DNA of 64,000 nucleotides from Yuukianura sp. NJ FZ-2021 (taxonomy: Eukaryota): the NCBI GenBank assembly GCA_046563655.1, contig JAJCTO010000013.1, positions 62,001 to 126,000 on the forward strand, read 5' to 3'. The position numbers and the translations under genes were made by a program. Below the pieces are notes generated by a model. That model saw only the letters and a program-made list of their open reading frames with translations, made no database searches and had not been told where the DNA came from. Positions 1 to 15,000 of the stretch are shown here, one piece after another. Every line of letters starts with the position of its first letter. Position 1 is the first letter of the stretch.

Positions 1-3000
1 CAACGGTCCACACATACATCTATTTCCACTTGCTATTGTCCACAACTGTCGACTTATGATATTTAATTGAGCAGAGCTACGAAGCCAAAAGGCTCCTAAG
101 CACTAGTTATAATTGCATATAAAAAACTAGTGTCTTAGGCGACACAGGGTTTTGTATTTTCAATCGTTGTTGCACATGGCTCTCCCTTCTAGTGTATACA
201 CATACAGCCAAACAATTCCACTACAGTAAATGCTTGCACACTGTCTCGAATGTGCTGATCACATTCCATCTTGCAGCCCACAGACTAGGGACTAAGAGTT
301 GGTTAGTGTGTTCCTGTAACATCGTTGTAACCTATGCACGTCTAAGTGTCCCTGTTCACGCAGCGGATTTACCTTTGACCAAATTGCTTATTTTGTCGCT
401 TTATGGCCAACGGTCCACACATACATCTATTTCCACTTGCTATTGTCAACAACTGTCGACTTATGATATTTAATTGAGCAGAGCTACGAAGCCAAAAGGC
501 TCCTAAGCACTAGTTATAATTGCATATAAAAAACTAGTGTCTTAGGCGACACAGGGTTTTGTATTTTCAATCGTTGTTGCACATGGCTCTCCCTTCTAGT
601 GTATACACATACAGCCAAACAATTCCACTACAGTAAATGCTTGCACACTGTCTCGAATGTGCTGATCACATTCCATCTTGCAGCCCACAGACTAGGGACT
701 AAGAGTTGGTTAGTGTGTTCCTGTAACATCGTTGTAACCTATGCACGTCTAAGTGTCCCTGTTCACGCAGCGGATTTACCTTTGACCAAATTGCTTATTT
801 TGTCGCTTTATGGCCAACGGTCCACACATACATCTATTTCCACTTGCTATTGTCTACAACTGTCGACTTATGATATTTAATTGAGCAGAGCTTCGAAGCC
901 AAAAGGCTCCTAAGCACTAGTTATAATTGCACATAAAAAACTAGTGTCTTAGGCGACACAGGGTTTTGTATTTTCAATCGTTGTTGCACGTGGCTCTTGC
1001 TTCTATTGTATACACATACAGCCAAACAATTCCACTACAGTAAATGCTTGCACACTGTCTCGAATGTGCTGATCACATTCCATCTTGCAGCCCACAGACT
1101 AGGGACTAAGAGTTGGTTAGTGTGTTCCTGTAACCTCATTGTAACCTATGCACGTCTAAGTGTCCCTGTTCACGCAGCGGATTTACCTTTGACCAAATTG
1201 CTTATTTTGTGGCTTTATGGCCAACGGTCCACACATACATCTATTTCCACTTGCTATTGTCTACAACTGTCGACTTATGATATTTAATTGAGCAGAGCTA
1301 CGAAGCCAAAAGGCTCCTAAGCACTAGTTATAATTGCATATAAAAAACTAGTGTCTTAGGCGACACAGGGTTTTGTATTTTCAATCGTTGTTGCACATGG
1401 CTCTCCCTTCTAGTGTATACACATACAGCCAAACAATTCCACTACAGTAAATGCTTGCACACTGTCTCGAATGTGCTGATCACATTCCATCTTGCAGCCC
1501 ACAGACTAGGGACTAAGAGTTGGTTAGTGTGTTCCTGTAACATCGTTGTAACCTATGCACGTCTAAGTGTCCCTGTTCACGCAGCGGATTTACCTTTGAC
1601 CAAATTGCTTATTTTGTCGCTTTATGGCCAACGGTCCACACATACATCTATTTCCACTTGCTATTGTCTACAACTGTCGACTTATGATATTTAATTGAGC
1701 AGAGCTACGAAGCCAAAAGGCTCCTAAGCACTAGTTATAATTGCATATAAAAAACTAGTGTCTTAGGCGACACAGGGTTTTGTATTTTCAATCGTTGTTG
1801 CACATGGCTCTCCCTTCTAGTGTATACACATACAGCCAAACAATTCCACTACAGTAAATGCTTGCACACTGTCTCGAATGTGCTGATCACATTCCATCTT
1901 GCAGCCCACAGACTAGGGACTAAGAGTTGGTTAGTGTGTTCCTGTAACCTCATTGTAACCTATGCACGTCTAAGTGTCCCTGTTCACGCAGCGGATTTAC
2001 CTTTGACCAAATTGCTTATTTTGTGGCTTTATGGCCAACGGTCCACACATACATCTATTTCCACTTGCTATTGTCCACAACTGTCGACTTATGATATTTA
2101 ATTGAGCAGAGCTACGAAGCCAAAAGGCTCCTAAGCACTAGTTATAATTGCATATAAAAAACTAGTGTCTTAGGCGACACAGGGTTTTGTATTTTCAATC
2201 GTTGTTGCACGTGGCTCTTGCTTCCATTGTATACACATACAGCCAAACAATTCCACTACAGTAAATGCTTGCACACTGTCTCGAATGTGCTGATCACATT
2301 CCCTCTTGCAGCCCACAGACATCTATTTCCACTTGCTATTGTCTACAACTGTCGACTTATGATATTTAATTGAGCAGAGCTACGAAGCCAAAAGGCTCCT
2401 AAGCACTAGTTATAATTGCATATAAAAAACTAGTGTCTTAGGCGACACAGGGTTTTGTATTTTCAATCGTTGTTGCACATGGCTCTCCCTTCTAGTGTAT
2501 ACACATACAGCCAAACAATTCCACTACAGTAAATGCTTGCACACTGTCTCGAATGTGCTGATCACATTCCATCTTGCAGCCCACAGACTAGGGACTAAGA
2601 GTTGGTTAGTGTGTTCCTGTAACCTCATTGTAACCTATGCACGTCTAAGTGTCCCTGTTCACGCAGCGGATTTACCTTTGACCAAATTGCTTATTTTGTG
2701 GCTTTATGGCCAACGGTCCACACATACATCTATTTCCACTTGCTATTGTCTACAACTGTCGACTTATGATATTTAATTGAGCAGAGCTACGAAGCCAAAA
2801 GGCTCCTAAGCACTAGTTATAATTGCATATAAAAAACTAGTGTCTTAGGCGACACAGGGTTTTGTATTTTCAATCGTTGTTGCACGTGGCTCTCCCTTCT
2901 AGTGTATACACATACAGCCAAACAATTCCACTACAGTAAATGCTTGCACACTGTCTCGAATGTGCTGATCACATTCCCTCTTGCAGCCCACAGACATCTA

Positions 3001-6000
3001 TTTCCACTTGCTATTGTCTACAACTGTCGACTTATGATATTTAATTGAGCAGAGCTACGAAGCCAAAAGGCTCCTAAGCACTAGTTATAATTGCATATAA
3101 AAAACTAGTGTCTTAGGCGACACAGGGTTTTGTATTTTCAATCGTTGTTGCACGTGGCTCTTGCTTCTATTGTATACACATACAGCCAAACAATTCCACT
3201 ACAGTAAATGCTTGCACACTGTCTCGAATGTGCTGATCACATTCCATCTTGCAGCCCACAGACTAGGGACTATAAGTTGGTTAGTGTGTTCCTGTAACCT
3301 CATTGTAACCTATGCACGTCTAAGTGTCCCTGTTCACGCAGCGGATTTACCTTTGACCAAATTGCTTATTTTGTGGCTTTATGGCCAACGGTCCACACAT
3401 ACATCTATTTCCACTTGCTATTGTCAACAACTGTCGACTTATGATATTTAATTGAGCAGAGCTACGAAGCCAACAGGCTCCTAAGCACTAGTTATAATTG
3501 CACATAAAAAACTAGTGTCTTAGGCGACACAGGGTTTTGTATTTTCAATCGTTGTTGCACGTGGCTCTTGCTTCCATTGTATACACATACAGCCAAACAA
3601 TTCCACTACAGTAAATGCTTGCACACTGTCTCGAATGTGCTGATCACATTCCCTCTTGCAGCCCACAGACATCTATTTCCACTTGCTATTGTCTACAACT
3701 GTCGACTTATGATATTTAATTGAGCAGAGCTTCGAAGCCAAAAGGCTCCTAAGCACTAGTTATAATTGCACATAAAAAACTAGTGTCTTAGGCGACACAG
3801 GGTTTTGTATTTTCAATCGTTGTTGCACATGGCTCTCCCTTCTAGTGTATACACATACAGCCAAACAATTCCACTACAGTAAATGCTTGCACACTGTCTC
3901 GAATGTGCTGATCACATTCCATCTTGCAGCCCACAGACTAGGGACTAAGAGTTGGTTAGTGTGTTCCTGTAACATCGTTGTAACCTATGCACGTCTAAGT
4001 GTCCCTGTTCACGCAGCGGATTTACCTTTGACCAAATTGCTTATTTTGTCGCTTTATGGCCAACGGTCCACACATACATCTATTTCCACTTGCTATTGTC
4101 TACAACTGTCGACTTATGATATTTAATTGAGCAGAGCTTCGAAGCCAAAAGGCTCCTAAGCACTAGTTATAATTGCATATAAAAAACTAGTGTCTTAGGC
4201 GACACAGGGTTTTGTATTTTCAATCGTTGTTGCACATGGCTCTCCCTTCTAGTGTATACACATACAGCCAAACAATTCCACTACAGTAAATGCTTGCACA
4301 CTGTCTCGAATGTGCTGATCACATTCCATCTTGCAGCCCACAGACTAGGGACTAAGAGTTGGTTAGTGTGTTCCTGTAACCTCATTGTAACCTATGCACG
4401 TCTAAGTGTCCCTGTTCATGCAGCGGATTTACCTTTGACCAAATTGCTTATTTTGTGGCTTTATGGCCAACGGTCCACACATACATCTATTTCCACTTGC
4501 TATTGTCTACAACTGTCGACTTATGATATTTAATTGAGCAGAGCTACGAAGCCAAAAGGCTCCTAAGCACTAGTTATAATTGCATATAAAAAACTAGTGT
4601 CTTAGGCGACACAGGGTTTTGTATTTTCAATCGTTGTTGCACATGGCTCTCCCTTCTAGTGTATACACATACAGCCAAACAATTCCACTACAGTAAATGC
4701 TTGCACACTGTCTCGAATGTGCTGATCACATTCCAGCTTGCAGCCCACAGACTAGGGACTAAGAGTTGGTTAGTGTGTTCCTGTAACATCGTTGTAACCT
4801 ATGCACGTCTAAGTGTCCCTGTTCACGCAGCGGATTTACCTTTGACCAAATTGCTTATTTTGTCGCTTTATGGCCAACGGTCCACACATACATCTATTTC
4901 CACTTGCTATTGTCAACAACTGTCGACTTATGATATTTAATTGAGCAGAGCTACGAAGCCAAAAGGCTCCTAAGCACTAGTTATAATTGCATATAAAAAA
5001 CTAGTGTCTTAGGCGACACAGGGTTTTGTATTTTCAATCGTTGTTGCACATGGCTCTCCCTTCTAGTGTATACACATACAGCCAAACAATTCCACTACAG
5101 TAAATGCTTGCACACTGTCTCGAATGTGCTGATCACATTCCATCTTGCAGCCCACAGACTAGGGACTAAGAGTTGGTTAGTGTGTTCCTGTAACATCGTT
5201 GTAACCTATGCACGTCTAAGTGTCCCTGTTCACGCAGCGGATTTACCTTTGACCAAATTGCTTATTTTGTCGCTTTATGGCCAACGGTCCACACATACAT
5301 CTATTTCCACTTGCTATTGTCTACAACTGTCGACTTATGATATTTAATTGAGCAGAGCTTCGAAGCCAAAAGGCTCCTAAGCACTAGTTATAATTGCATA
5401 TAAAAAACTAGTGTCTTAGGCGACACAGGGTTTTGTATTTTCAATCGTTGTTGCACGTGGCTCTTGCTTCTAGTGTATACACATACAGCCAAACAATTCC
5501 ACTACAGTAAATGCTTGCACACTGTCTCGAATGTGCTGATCACATTCCATCTTGCAGCCCACAGACTAGGGACTATAAGTTGGTTAGTGTGTTCCTGTAA
5601 CCTCATTGTAACCTATGCACGTCTAAGTGTCCCTGTTCACGCAGCGGATTTACCTTTGACCAAATTGCTTATTTTGTGGCTTTATGGCCAACGGTCCACA
5701 CATACATCTATTTCCACTTGCTATTGTCTACAACTGTCGACTTATGATATTTAATTGAGCAGAGCTACGAAGCCAAAAGGCTCCTAAGCACTAGTTATAA
5801 TTGCATATAAAAAACTAGTGTCTTAGGCGACACAGGGTTTTGTATTTTCAATCGTTGTTGCACATGGCTCTCCCTTCTAGTGTATACACATACAGCCAAA
5901 CAATTCCACTACAGTAAATGCTTGCACACTGTCTCGAATGTGGTGATCACATTCCATCTTGCAGCCCACAGACTAGGGACTAAGAGTTGGTTAGTGTGTT

Positions 6001-9000
6001 CCTGTAACCTCATTGTAACCTATGCACGTCTAAGTGTCCCTGTTCACGCAGCGGATTTACCTTTGACCAAATTGCTTATTTTGTGGCTTTATGGCCAACG
6101 GTCCACACATACATCTATTTCCACTTGCTATTGTCCACAACTGTCGACTTATGATATTTAATTGAGCAGAGCTACGAAGCCAAAAGGCTCCTAAGCACTA
6201 GTTATAATTGCATATAAAAAACTAGTGTCTTAGGCGACACAGGGTTTTGTATTTTCAATCGTTGTTGCACATGGCTCTCCCTTCTAGTGTATACACATAC
6301 AGCCAAACAATTCCACTACAGTAAATGCTTGCACACTGTCTCGAATGTGCTGATCACATTCCATCTTGCAGCCCACAGACTAGGGACTAAGAGTTGGTTA
6401 GTGTGTTCCTGTAACATCGTTGTAACCTATGCACGTCTAAGTGTCCCTGTTCACGCAGCGGATTTACCTTTGACCAAATTGCTTATTTTGTCGCTTTATG
6501 GCCAACGGTCCACACATACATCTATTTCCACTTGCTATTGTCTACAACTGTCGACTTATGATATTTAATTGAGCAGAGCTTCGAAGCCAAAAGGCTCCTA
6601 AGCACTAGTTATAATTGCATATAAAAAACTAGTGTCTTAGGCGACACAGGGTTTTGTATTTTCAATCGTTGTTGCACATGGCTCTCCCTTCTAGTGTATA
6701 CACATACAGCCAAACAATTCCACTACAGTAAATGCTTGCACACTGTCTCGAATGTGCTGATCACATTCCATCTTGCAGCCCACAGACTAGGGACTAAGAG
6801 TTGGTTAGTGTGTTCCTGTAACCTCATTGTAACCTATGCACGTCTAAGTGTCCCTGTTCACGCAGCGGATTTACCTTTGACCAAATTGCTTATTTTGTGG
6901 CTTTATGGCCAACGGTCCACACATACATCTATTTCCACTTGCTATTGTCAACAACTGTCGACTTATGATATTTAATTGAGCAGAGCTACGAAGCCAACAG
7001 GCTCCTAAGCACTAGTTATAATTGCACATAAAAAACTAGTGTCTTAGGCGACACAGGGTTTTGTATTTTCAATCGTTGTTGCACGTGGCTCTTGCTTCCA
7101 TTGTATACACATACAGCCAAACAATTCCACTACAGTAAATGCTTGCACACTGTCTCGAATGTGCTGATCACATTCCCTCTTGCAGCCCACAGACATCTAT
7201 TTCCACTTGCTATTGTCTACATCTGTCGACTTATGATATTAAATTGAGCAGAGCTACGAAGCCAAAAGGCTCCTAAGCACTAGTTATAATTGCATATAAA
7301 AAACTAGTGTCTTAGGCGACACAGGGTTTTGTATTTTCAATCGTTGTTGCACATGGCTCTCCCTTCTAGTGTATACACATACAGCCAAACAATTCCACTA
7401 CAGTAAATGCTTGCACACTGTCTCGAATGTGGTGATCACATTCCAGCTTGCAGCCCACAGAGTAGGGACTAAGAGTTGGTTAGTGTGTTCCTGTAACCTC
7501 ATTGTAACCTATGCACGTCTAAGTGTCCCTGTTCACGCAGCGGATTTACCTTTGACCAAATTGCTTATTTTGTGGCTTTATGGCCAACGGTCCACACATA
7601 CATCTATTTCCACTTGCTATTGTCTACAACTGTCGACTTATGATATTTAATTGAGCAGAGCTTCGAAGCCAAAAGGCTCTTAAGCACTAGTTATAATTGC
7701 ATATAAAAAACTAGTGTCTTAGGCGACACAGGGTTTTGTATTTTCAATCGTTGTTGCACGTGGCTCTCCCTTCTAGTGTATACACATACAGCCAAACAAT
7801 TCCACTACAGTAAATGCTTGCACACTGTCTCGAATGTGCTGATCACATTCCCTCTTGCAGCCCACAGACATCTATTTCCACTTGCTATTGTCTACAACTG
7901 TCGACTTATGATATTTAATTGAGCAGAGCTACGAAGCCAAAAGGCTCCTAAGCACTAGTTATAATTGCACATAAAAAACTAGTGTCTTAGGCGACACAGG
8001 GTTTTGTATTTTCAATCGTTGTTGCACGTGGCTCTTGCTTCCATTGTATACACATACAGCCAAACAATTCCACTACAGTAAATGCTTGCACACTGTCTCG
8101 AATGTGCTGATCACATTCCATCTTGCAGCCCACAGACTAGGGACTATAAGTTGGTTAGTGTGTTCCTGCAACCTCATTGTAACCTATGCACGTCTAAGTG
8201 TCCCTGTTCACGCAGCGGATTTACCTTTGACCAAATTGCTTATTTTGTGGCTTTATGGCCAACGGTCCACACATACATCTATTTCCACTTGCTATTGTCT
8301 ACAACTGTCGACTTATGATATTAAATTGAGCAGAGCTACGAAGCCAAAAGGCTCCTAAGCACTAGTTATAATTGCATATAAAAAACTAGTGTCTTAGGCG
8401 ACACAGGGTTTTGTATTTTCAATCGTTGTTGCACATGGCTCTCCCTTCTAGTGTATACACATACAGCCAAACAATTCCACTACAGTAAATGCTTGCACAC
8501 TGTCTCGAATGTGGTGATCACATTCCATCTTGCAGCCCACAGACTAGGGACTAAGAGTTGGTTAGTGTGTTCCTGTAACCTCATTGTAACCTATGCACGT
8601 CTAAGTGTCCCTGTTCATGCAGCGGATTTACCTTTGACCAAATTGCTTATTTTGTGGCTTTATGGCCAACGGTCCACACATACATCTATTTCCACTTGCT
8701 ATTGTCCACAACTGTCGACTTATGATATTTAATTGAGCAGAGCTACGAAGCCAAAAGGCTCCTAAGCACTAGTTATAATTGCATATAAAAAACTAGTGTC
8801 TTAGGCGACACAGGGTTTTGTATTTTCAATCGTTGTTGCACATGGCTCTCCCTTCTAGTGTATACACATACAGCCAAACAATTCCACTACAGTAAATGCT
8901 TGCACACTGTCTCGAATGTGCTGATCACATTCCCTCTTGCAGCCCACAGACATCTATTTCCACTTGCTATTGTCTACAACTGTCGACTTATGATATTAAA

Positions 9001-12000
9001 TTGAGCAGAGCTACGAAGCCAAAAGGCTCCTAAGCACTAGTTATAATTGCATATAAAAAACTAGTGTCTTAGGCGACACAGGGTTTTGTATTTTCAATCG
9101 TTGTTGCACGTGGCTCTTGCTTCCATTGTATACACATACAGCCAAACAATTCCACTACAGTAAATGCTTGCACACTGTCTCGAATGTGCTGATCACATTC
9201 CATCTTGCAGCCCACAGACTAGGGACTATAAGTTGGTTAGTGTGTTCCTGCAACCTCATTGTAACCTATGCACGTCTAAGTGTCCCTGTTCACGCAGCGG
9301 ATTTACCTTTGACCAAATTGCTTATTTTGTGGCTTTATGGCCAACGGTCCACACATACATCTATTTCCACTTGCTATTGTCTACATCTGTCGACTTATGA
9401 TATTAAATTGAGCAGAGCTACGAAGCCAAAAGGCTCCTAAGCACTAGTTATAATTGCATATAAAAAACTAGTGTCTTAGGCGACACAGGGTTTTGTATTT
9501 TCAATCGTTGTTGCACATGGCTCTCCCTTCTAGTGTATACACATACAGCCAAACAATTCCACTACAGTAAATGCTTGCACACTGTCTCGAATGTGCTGAT
9601 CACATTCCATCTTGCAGCCCACAGACTAGGGACTAAGAGTTGGTTAGTGTGTTCCTGTAACCTCATTGTAACCTATGCACGTCTAAGTGTCCCTGTTCAC
9701 GCAGCGGATTTACCTTTGACCAAATTGCTTATTTTGTGGCTTTATGGCCAACGGTCCACACATACATCTATTTCCACTTGCTATTGTCCACAACTGTCGA
9801 CTTATGATATTTAATTGAGCAGAGCTACGAAGCCAAAAGGCTCCTAAGCACTAGTTATAATTGCATATAAAAAACTAGTGTCTTAGGCGACACAGGGTTT
9901 TGTATTTTCAATCGTTGTTGCACATGGCTCTCCCTTCTAGTGTATACACATACAGCCAAACAATTCCACTACAGTAAATGCTTGCACACTGTCTCGAATG
10001 TGCTGATCACATTCCAGCTTGCAGCCCACAGACTAGGGACTAAGAGTTGGTTAGTGTGTTCCTGTAACATCGTTGTAACCTATGCACGTCTAAGTGTCCC
10101 TGTTCACGCAGCGGATTTACCTTTGACCAAATTGCTTATTTTGTCGCTTTATGGCCAACGGTCCACACATACATCTATTTCCACTTGCTATTGTCTACAA
10201 CTGTCGACTTATGATATTTAATTGAGCAGAGCTACGAAGCCAAAAGGCTCCTAAGCACTAGTTATAATTGCATATAAAAAACTAGTGTCTTAGGCGACAC
10301 AGGGTTTTGTATTTTCAATCGTTGTTGCACATGGCTCTCCCTTCTAGTGTATACACATACAGCCAAACAATTCCACTACAGTAAATGCTTGCACACTGTC
10401 TCGAATGTGCTGATCACATTCCATCTTGCAGCCCACAGACTAGGGACTAAGAGTTGGTTAGTGTGTTCCTGCAACCTCATTGTAACCTATGCACGTCTAA
10501 GTGTCCCTGTTCACGCAGCGGATTTACCTTTGACCAAATTGCTTATTTTGTGGCTTTATGGCCAACGGTCCACACATACATCTATTTCCACTTGCTATTG
10601 TCTACAACTGTCGACTTATGATATTAAATTGAGCAGAGCTACGAAGCCAAAAGGCTCCTAAGCACTAGTTATAATTGCATATAAAAAACTAGTGTCTTAG
10701 GCGACACAGGGTTTTGTATTTTCAATCGTTGTTGCACATGGCTCTCCCTTCTAGTGTATACACATACAGCCAAACAATTCCACTACAGTAAATGCTTGCA
10801 CACTGTCTCGAATGTGCTGATCACATTCCATCTTGCAGCCCACAGACTAGGGACTAAGAGTTGGTTAGTGTGTTCCTGTAACCTCATTGTAACCTATGCA
10901 CGTCTAAGTGTCCCTGTTCACGCAGCGGATTTACCTTTGACCAAATTGCTTACTTCGTGGCTTTATGACCAACGGTCCACACATACATCTATTTCCAATT
11001 GCTATTGTCCACAACTGTCGACTTATGATATTTAATTGAGCAGAGCTACGAAGCCAAAAGGCTCCTAAGCACTAGTTATAATTGCATATAAAAAACTAGT
11101 GTCTTAGGCGACACAGGGTTTTGTATTTTCAATCGTTGTTGCACATGGCTCTCCCTTCTAGTGTATACACATACAGCCAAACAATTCCACTACAGTAAAT
11201 GCTTGCACACTGTCTCGAATGTGCTGATCACATTCCATCTTGCAGCCCACAGACTAGGGACTAAGAGTTGGTTAGTGTGTTCCTGTAACCTCATTGTAAC
11301 CTATGCACGTCTAAGTGTCCCTGTTCACGCAGCGGATTTACCTTTGACCAAATTGCTTATTTTGTGGCTTTATGGCCAACGGTCCACACATACATCTATT
11401 TCCACTTGCTATTGTCTACATCTGTCGACTTATGATATTAAATTGAGCAGAGCTACGAAGCCAAAAGGCTCCTAAGCACTAGTTATAATTGCACATAAAA
11501 AACTAGTGTCTTAGGCGACACAGGGTTTTGTATTTTCAATCGTTGTTGCACGTGGCTCTTGCTTCTATTGTATACACATACAGCCAAACAATTCCACTAC
11601 AGTAAATGCTTGCACACTGTCTCGAATGTGCTGATCACATTCCATCTTGCAGCCCACAGACTAGGGACTAAGAGTTGGTTAGTGTGTTCCTGTAACATCG
11701 TTGTAACCTATGCACGTCTAAGTGTCCCTGTTCACGCAGCGGATTTACCTTTGACCAAATTGCTTATTTTGTCGCTTTATGGCCAACGGTCCACACATAC
11801 ATCTATTTCCACTTGCTATTGTCTACAACTGTCGACTTATGATATTTAATTGAGCAGAGCTTCGAAGCCAAAAGGCTCCTAAGCACTAGTTATAATTGCA
11901 TATAAAAAACTAGTGTCTTAGGCGACACAGGGTTTTGTATTTTCAATCGTTGTTGCACATGGCTCTCCCTTCTAGTGTATACACATACAGCCAAACAATT

Positions 12001-15000
12001 CCACTACAGTAAATGCTTGCACACTGTCTCGAATGTGCTGATCACATTCCAGCTTGCAGCCCACAGACTAGGGACTAAGAGTTGGTTAGTGTGTTCCTGT
12101 AACATCGTTGTAACCTATGCACGTCTAAGTGTCCCTGTTCACGCAGCGGATTTACCTTTGACCAAATTGCTTACTTTGTGGCTTTATGGCCAACGGTCCA
12201 CACATACATCTATTTCCGCTTGCTATTGTCTACATCTGTCGACTTATGATATTAAATTGAGCAGAGCTACGAAGCCAAAAGGCTCCTAAGCACTAGTTAT
12301 AATTGCATATAAAAAACTAGTGTCTTAGGCGACACAGGGTTTTGTATTTTCAATCGTTGTTGCACATGGCTCTCCCTTCTAGTGTATACACATACAGCCA
12401 AACAATTCCACTACAGTAAATGCTTGCACACTGTCTCGAATGTGGTGATCACATTCCATCTTGCAGCCCACAGACTAGGGACTAAGAGTTGGTTAGTGTG
12501 TTCCTGTAACCTCATTGTAACCTATGCACGTCTAAGTGTCCCTGTTCACGCAGCGGATTTACCTTTGACCAAATTGCTTATTTTGTGGCTTTATGGCCAA
12601 CGGTCCACACATACATCTATTTCCACTTGCTATTGTCTACATCTGTCGACTTATGATATTAAATTGCTCAGAGCTACAAAGCCAAAAGGCTCCTAAGCAC
12701 TAGTTATAATTGCACATAAAAAACTAGTGTCTTAGGCGACACAGGGTTTTGTATTTTCAATCGTTGTTGCACGTGGCTCTTGCTTCCATTGTATACACAT
12801 ACAGCCAAACAATTCCACTACAGTAAATGCTTGCACACTGTCTCGAATGTGCTGATCACATTCCATCTTGCAGCCCACAGACTAGGGACTATAAGTTGGT
12901 TAGTGTGTTCCTGCAACCTCATTGTAACCTATGCACGTCTAAGTGTCCCTGTTCACGCAGCGGATTTACCTTTGACCAAATTGCTTATTTTGTGGCTTTA
13001 TGGCCAACGGTCCACACATACATCTATTTCTACTTGCTATTGTCTACATCTGTCGACTTATGATATTAAATTGCTCAGAGCTACAAAGCCAAAAGCACTA
13101 GTTATAATTGCACATAAAAAACTAGTGTCTTAGGCGACACAGGGTTTTGTATTTTCAATCGTTGTTGCACGTGGCTCCTGCTTCTATTGTATACACATAC
13201 AGCCAAACAATTCCACTACAGTATATAGTTGCACACTGTCTGGAATGTGCTGATCACATTCCATCTTGCAGCCCACAGACTAGGGACTAAGAGTTGGTTA
13301 GTGTGTTCCTGTAACCTCGTTGTAACCTATGCACGTCTAAGCGTCCCTGTTCACGCAGCGGATTTACCTTTGACCAAATTGCTTATTTTGTGGCTTTATG
13401 GCCAACGGTCCACACATACATCTATTTCCACTTGCTATTGTCTACAACTGTCGACTTATGATATTTAATTGAGCAGAGCTACGAAGCCAAAAGGCTTATA
13501 AGCACTAGTTATAATTGCATATAAAGAACTAGTGTCCTAGGCGACACAGGGTTTTGTATTTTCAATCGTTGTTGCACATGGCTCTCCCTTCTAGTGTATA
13601 CACATACAGCCAAACAATTCCACTACAGTAAATGCTTGCACACTGTCTCGAATGTGCTGATCACATTCCATCTTGCAGCCCACAGACTAGGGACTAAGAG
13701 TTGGTTAGTGTGTTCCTGTAACCTCATTGTAACCTATGCACGTCGAAGTGTCCCTGTTCACGCAGCAAATTTACCTTTGACCAAATTGCTTATTTTGTGG
13801 CTTTATGGCCAACGGTCCACACATACATCTATTTCCACTTGCTATTGTCTACAACTGTCGACTTATGATATTTAATTGAGCAGAGCTACGAAGCCAAAAG
13901 GCTTATAAGCACTAGTTATAATTGCATATAAAGAACTAGTGTCCTAGGCGACACAGGGTTTTGTATTTTCAATCGTTGTTGCACGTGGCTCTTGCTTCTA
14001 TTGTATACACATGCAGCCAAACAATTCCACTACAGTAAATGCTTGCACACTGTCTCGAATGTGCTGATCACATTCCCTCTTGCAGCCCACAGACATCTAT
14101 TTCCACTTGCTATGGTCTACAACTGTCGACTTATGATATTTAATTGAGCAGAGCTACGAAGCCAAAAGGCTTATAAGCACTAGTTATAATTGCATATAAA
14201 AAACTAGTGTCTTAGGCGACACAGGGTTTTATATTTTCAATCGTTGTTGCACATGGCTCTTGCTTCTATTGTATACACATACAGCCAAACAATTCCACTA
14301 CAGTAAATGCTTGCACACTGTCTCGAATGTGCTGATCACATTCCAGCTTGCAGCCCACAGACTAGGGACTAAGAGTTGGTTAGTGTGTTCCTGTAACATC
14401 GTTGTAACCTATGCACGTCTAAGTGTCCCTGTTCACGCAGCGGATTTACCTTTGACCAAATTGCTTATTTTGTGGCTTTATGGCCAACGGTCCACACATA
14501 CATCTATTTCCACTTGCTATTGTCTACATCTGTCGACTTATGATATTAAATTGAGCAGAGCTACGAAGCCAAAAGGCTCCTAAGCACTAGTTATAATTGC
14601 ATATAAAAAACTAGTGTCTTAGGCGACACAGGGTTTTGTATTTTCAATCGTTGTTGCACATGGCTCTCCCTTCTAGTGTATACACATACAGCCAAACAAT
14701 TCCACTACAGTAAATGCTTGCACACTGTCTCGAATGTGGTGATCACATTCCATCTTGCAGCCCACAGACTAGGGACTAAGAGTTGGTTAGTGTGTTCCTG
14801 TAACCTCATTGTAACCTATGCACGTCTAAGTGTCCCTGTTCACGCAGCGGATTTACCTTTGACCAAATTGCTTATTTTGTGGCTTTATGGCCAACGGTCC
14901 ACACATACATCTATTTCCACTTGCTATTGTCTACATCTGTCGACTTATGATATTAAATTGCTCAGAGCTACAAAGCCAAAAGCACTAGTTATAATTGCAC

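Noticed and set aside
135..140. TTAGGC telomere-like hexamer in Sat A
   Set aside because: One copy per monomer, not tandem, and expected by chance.
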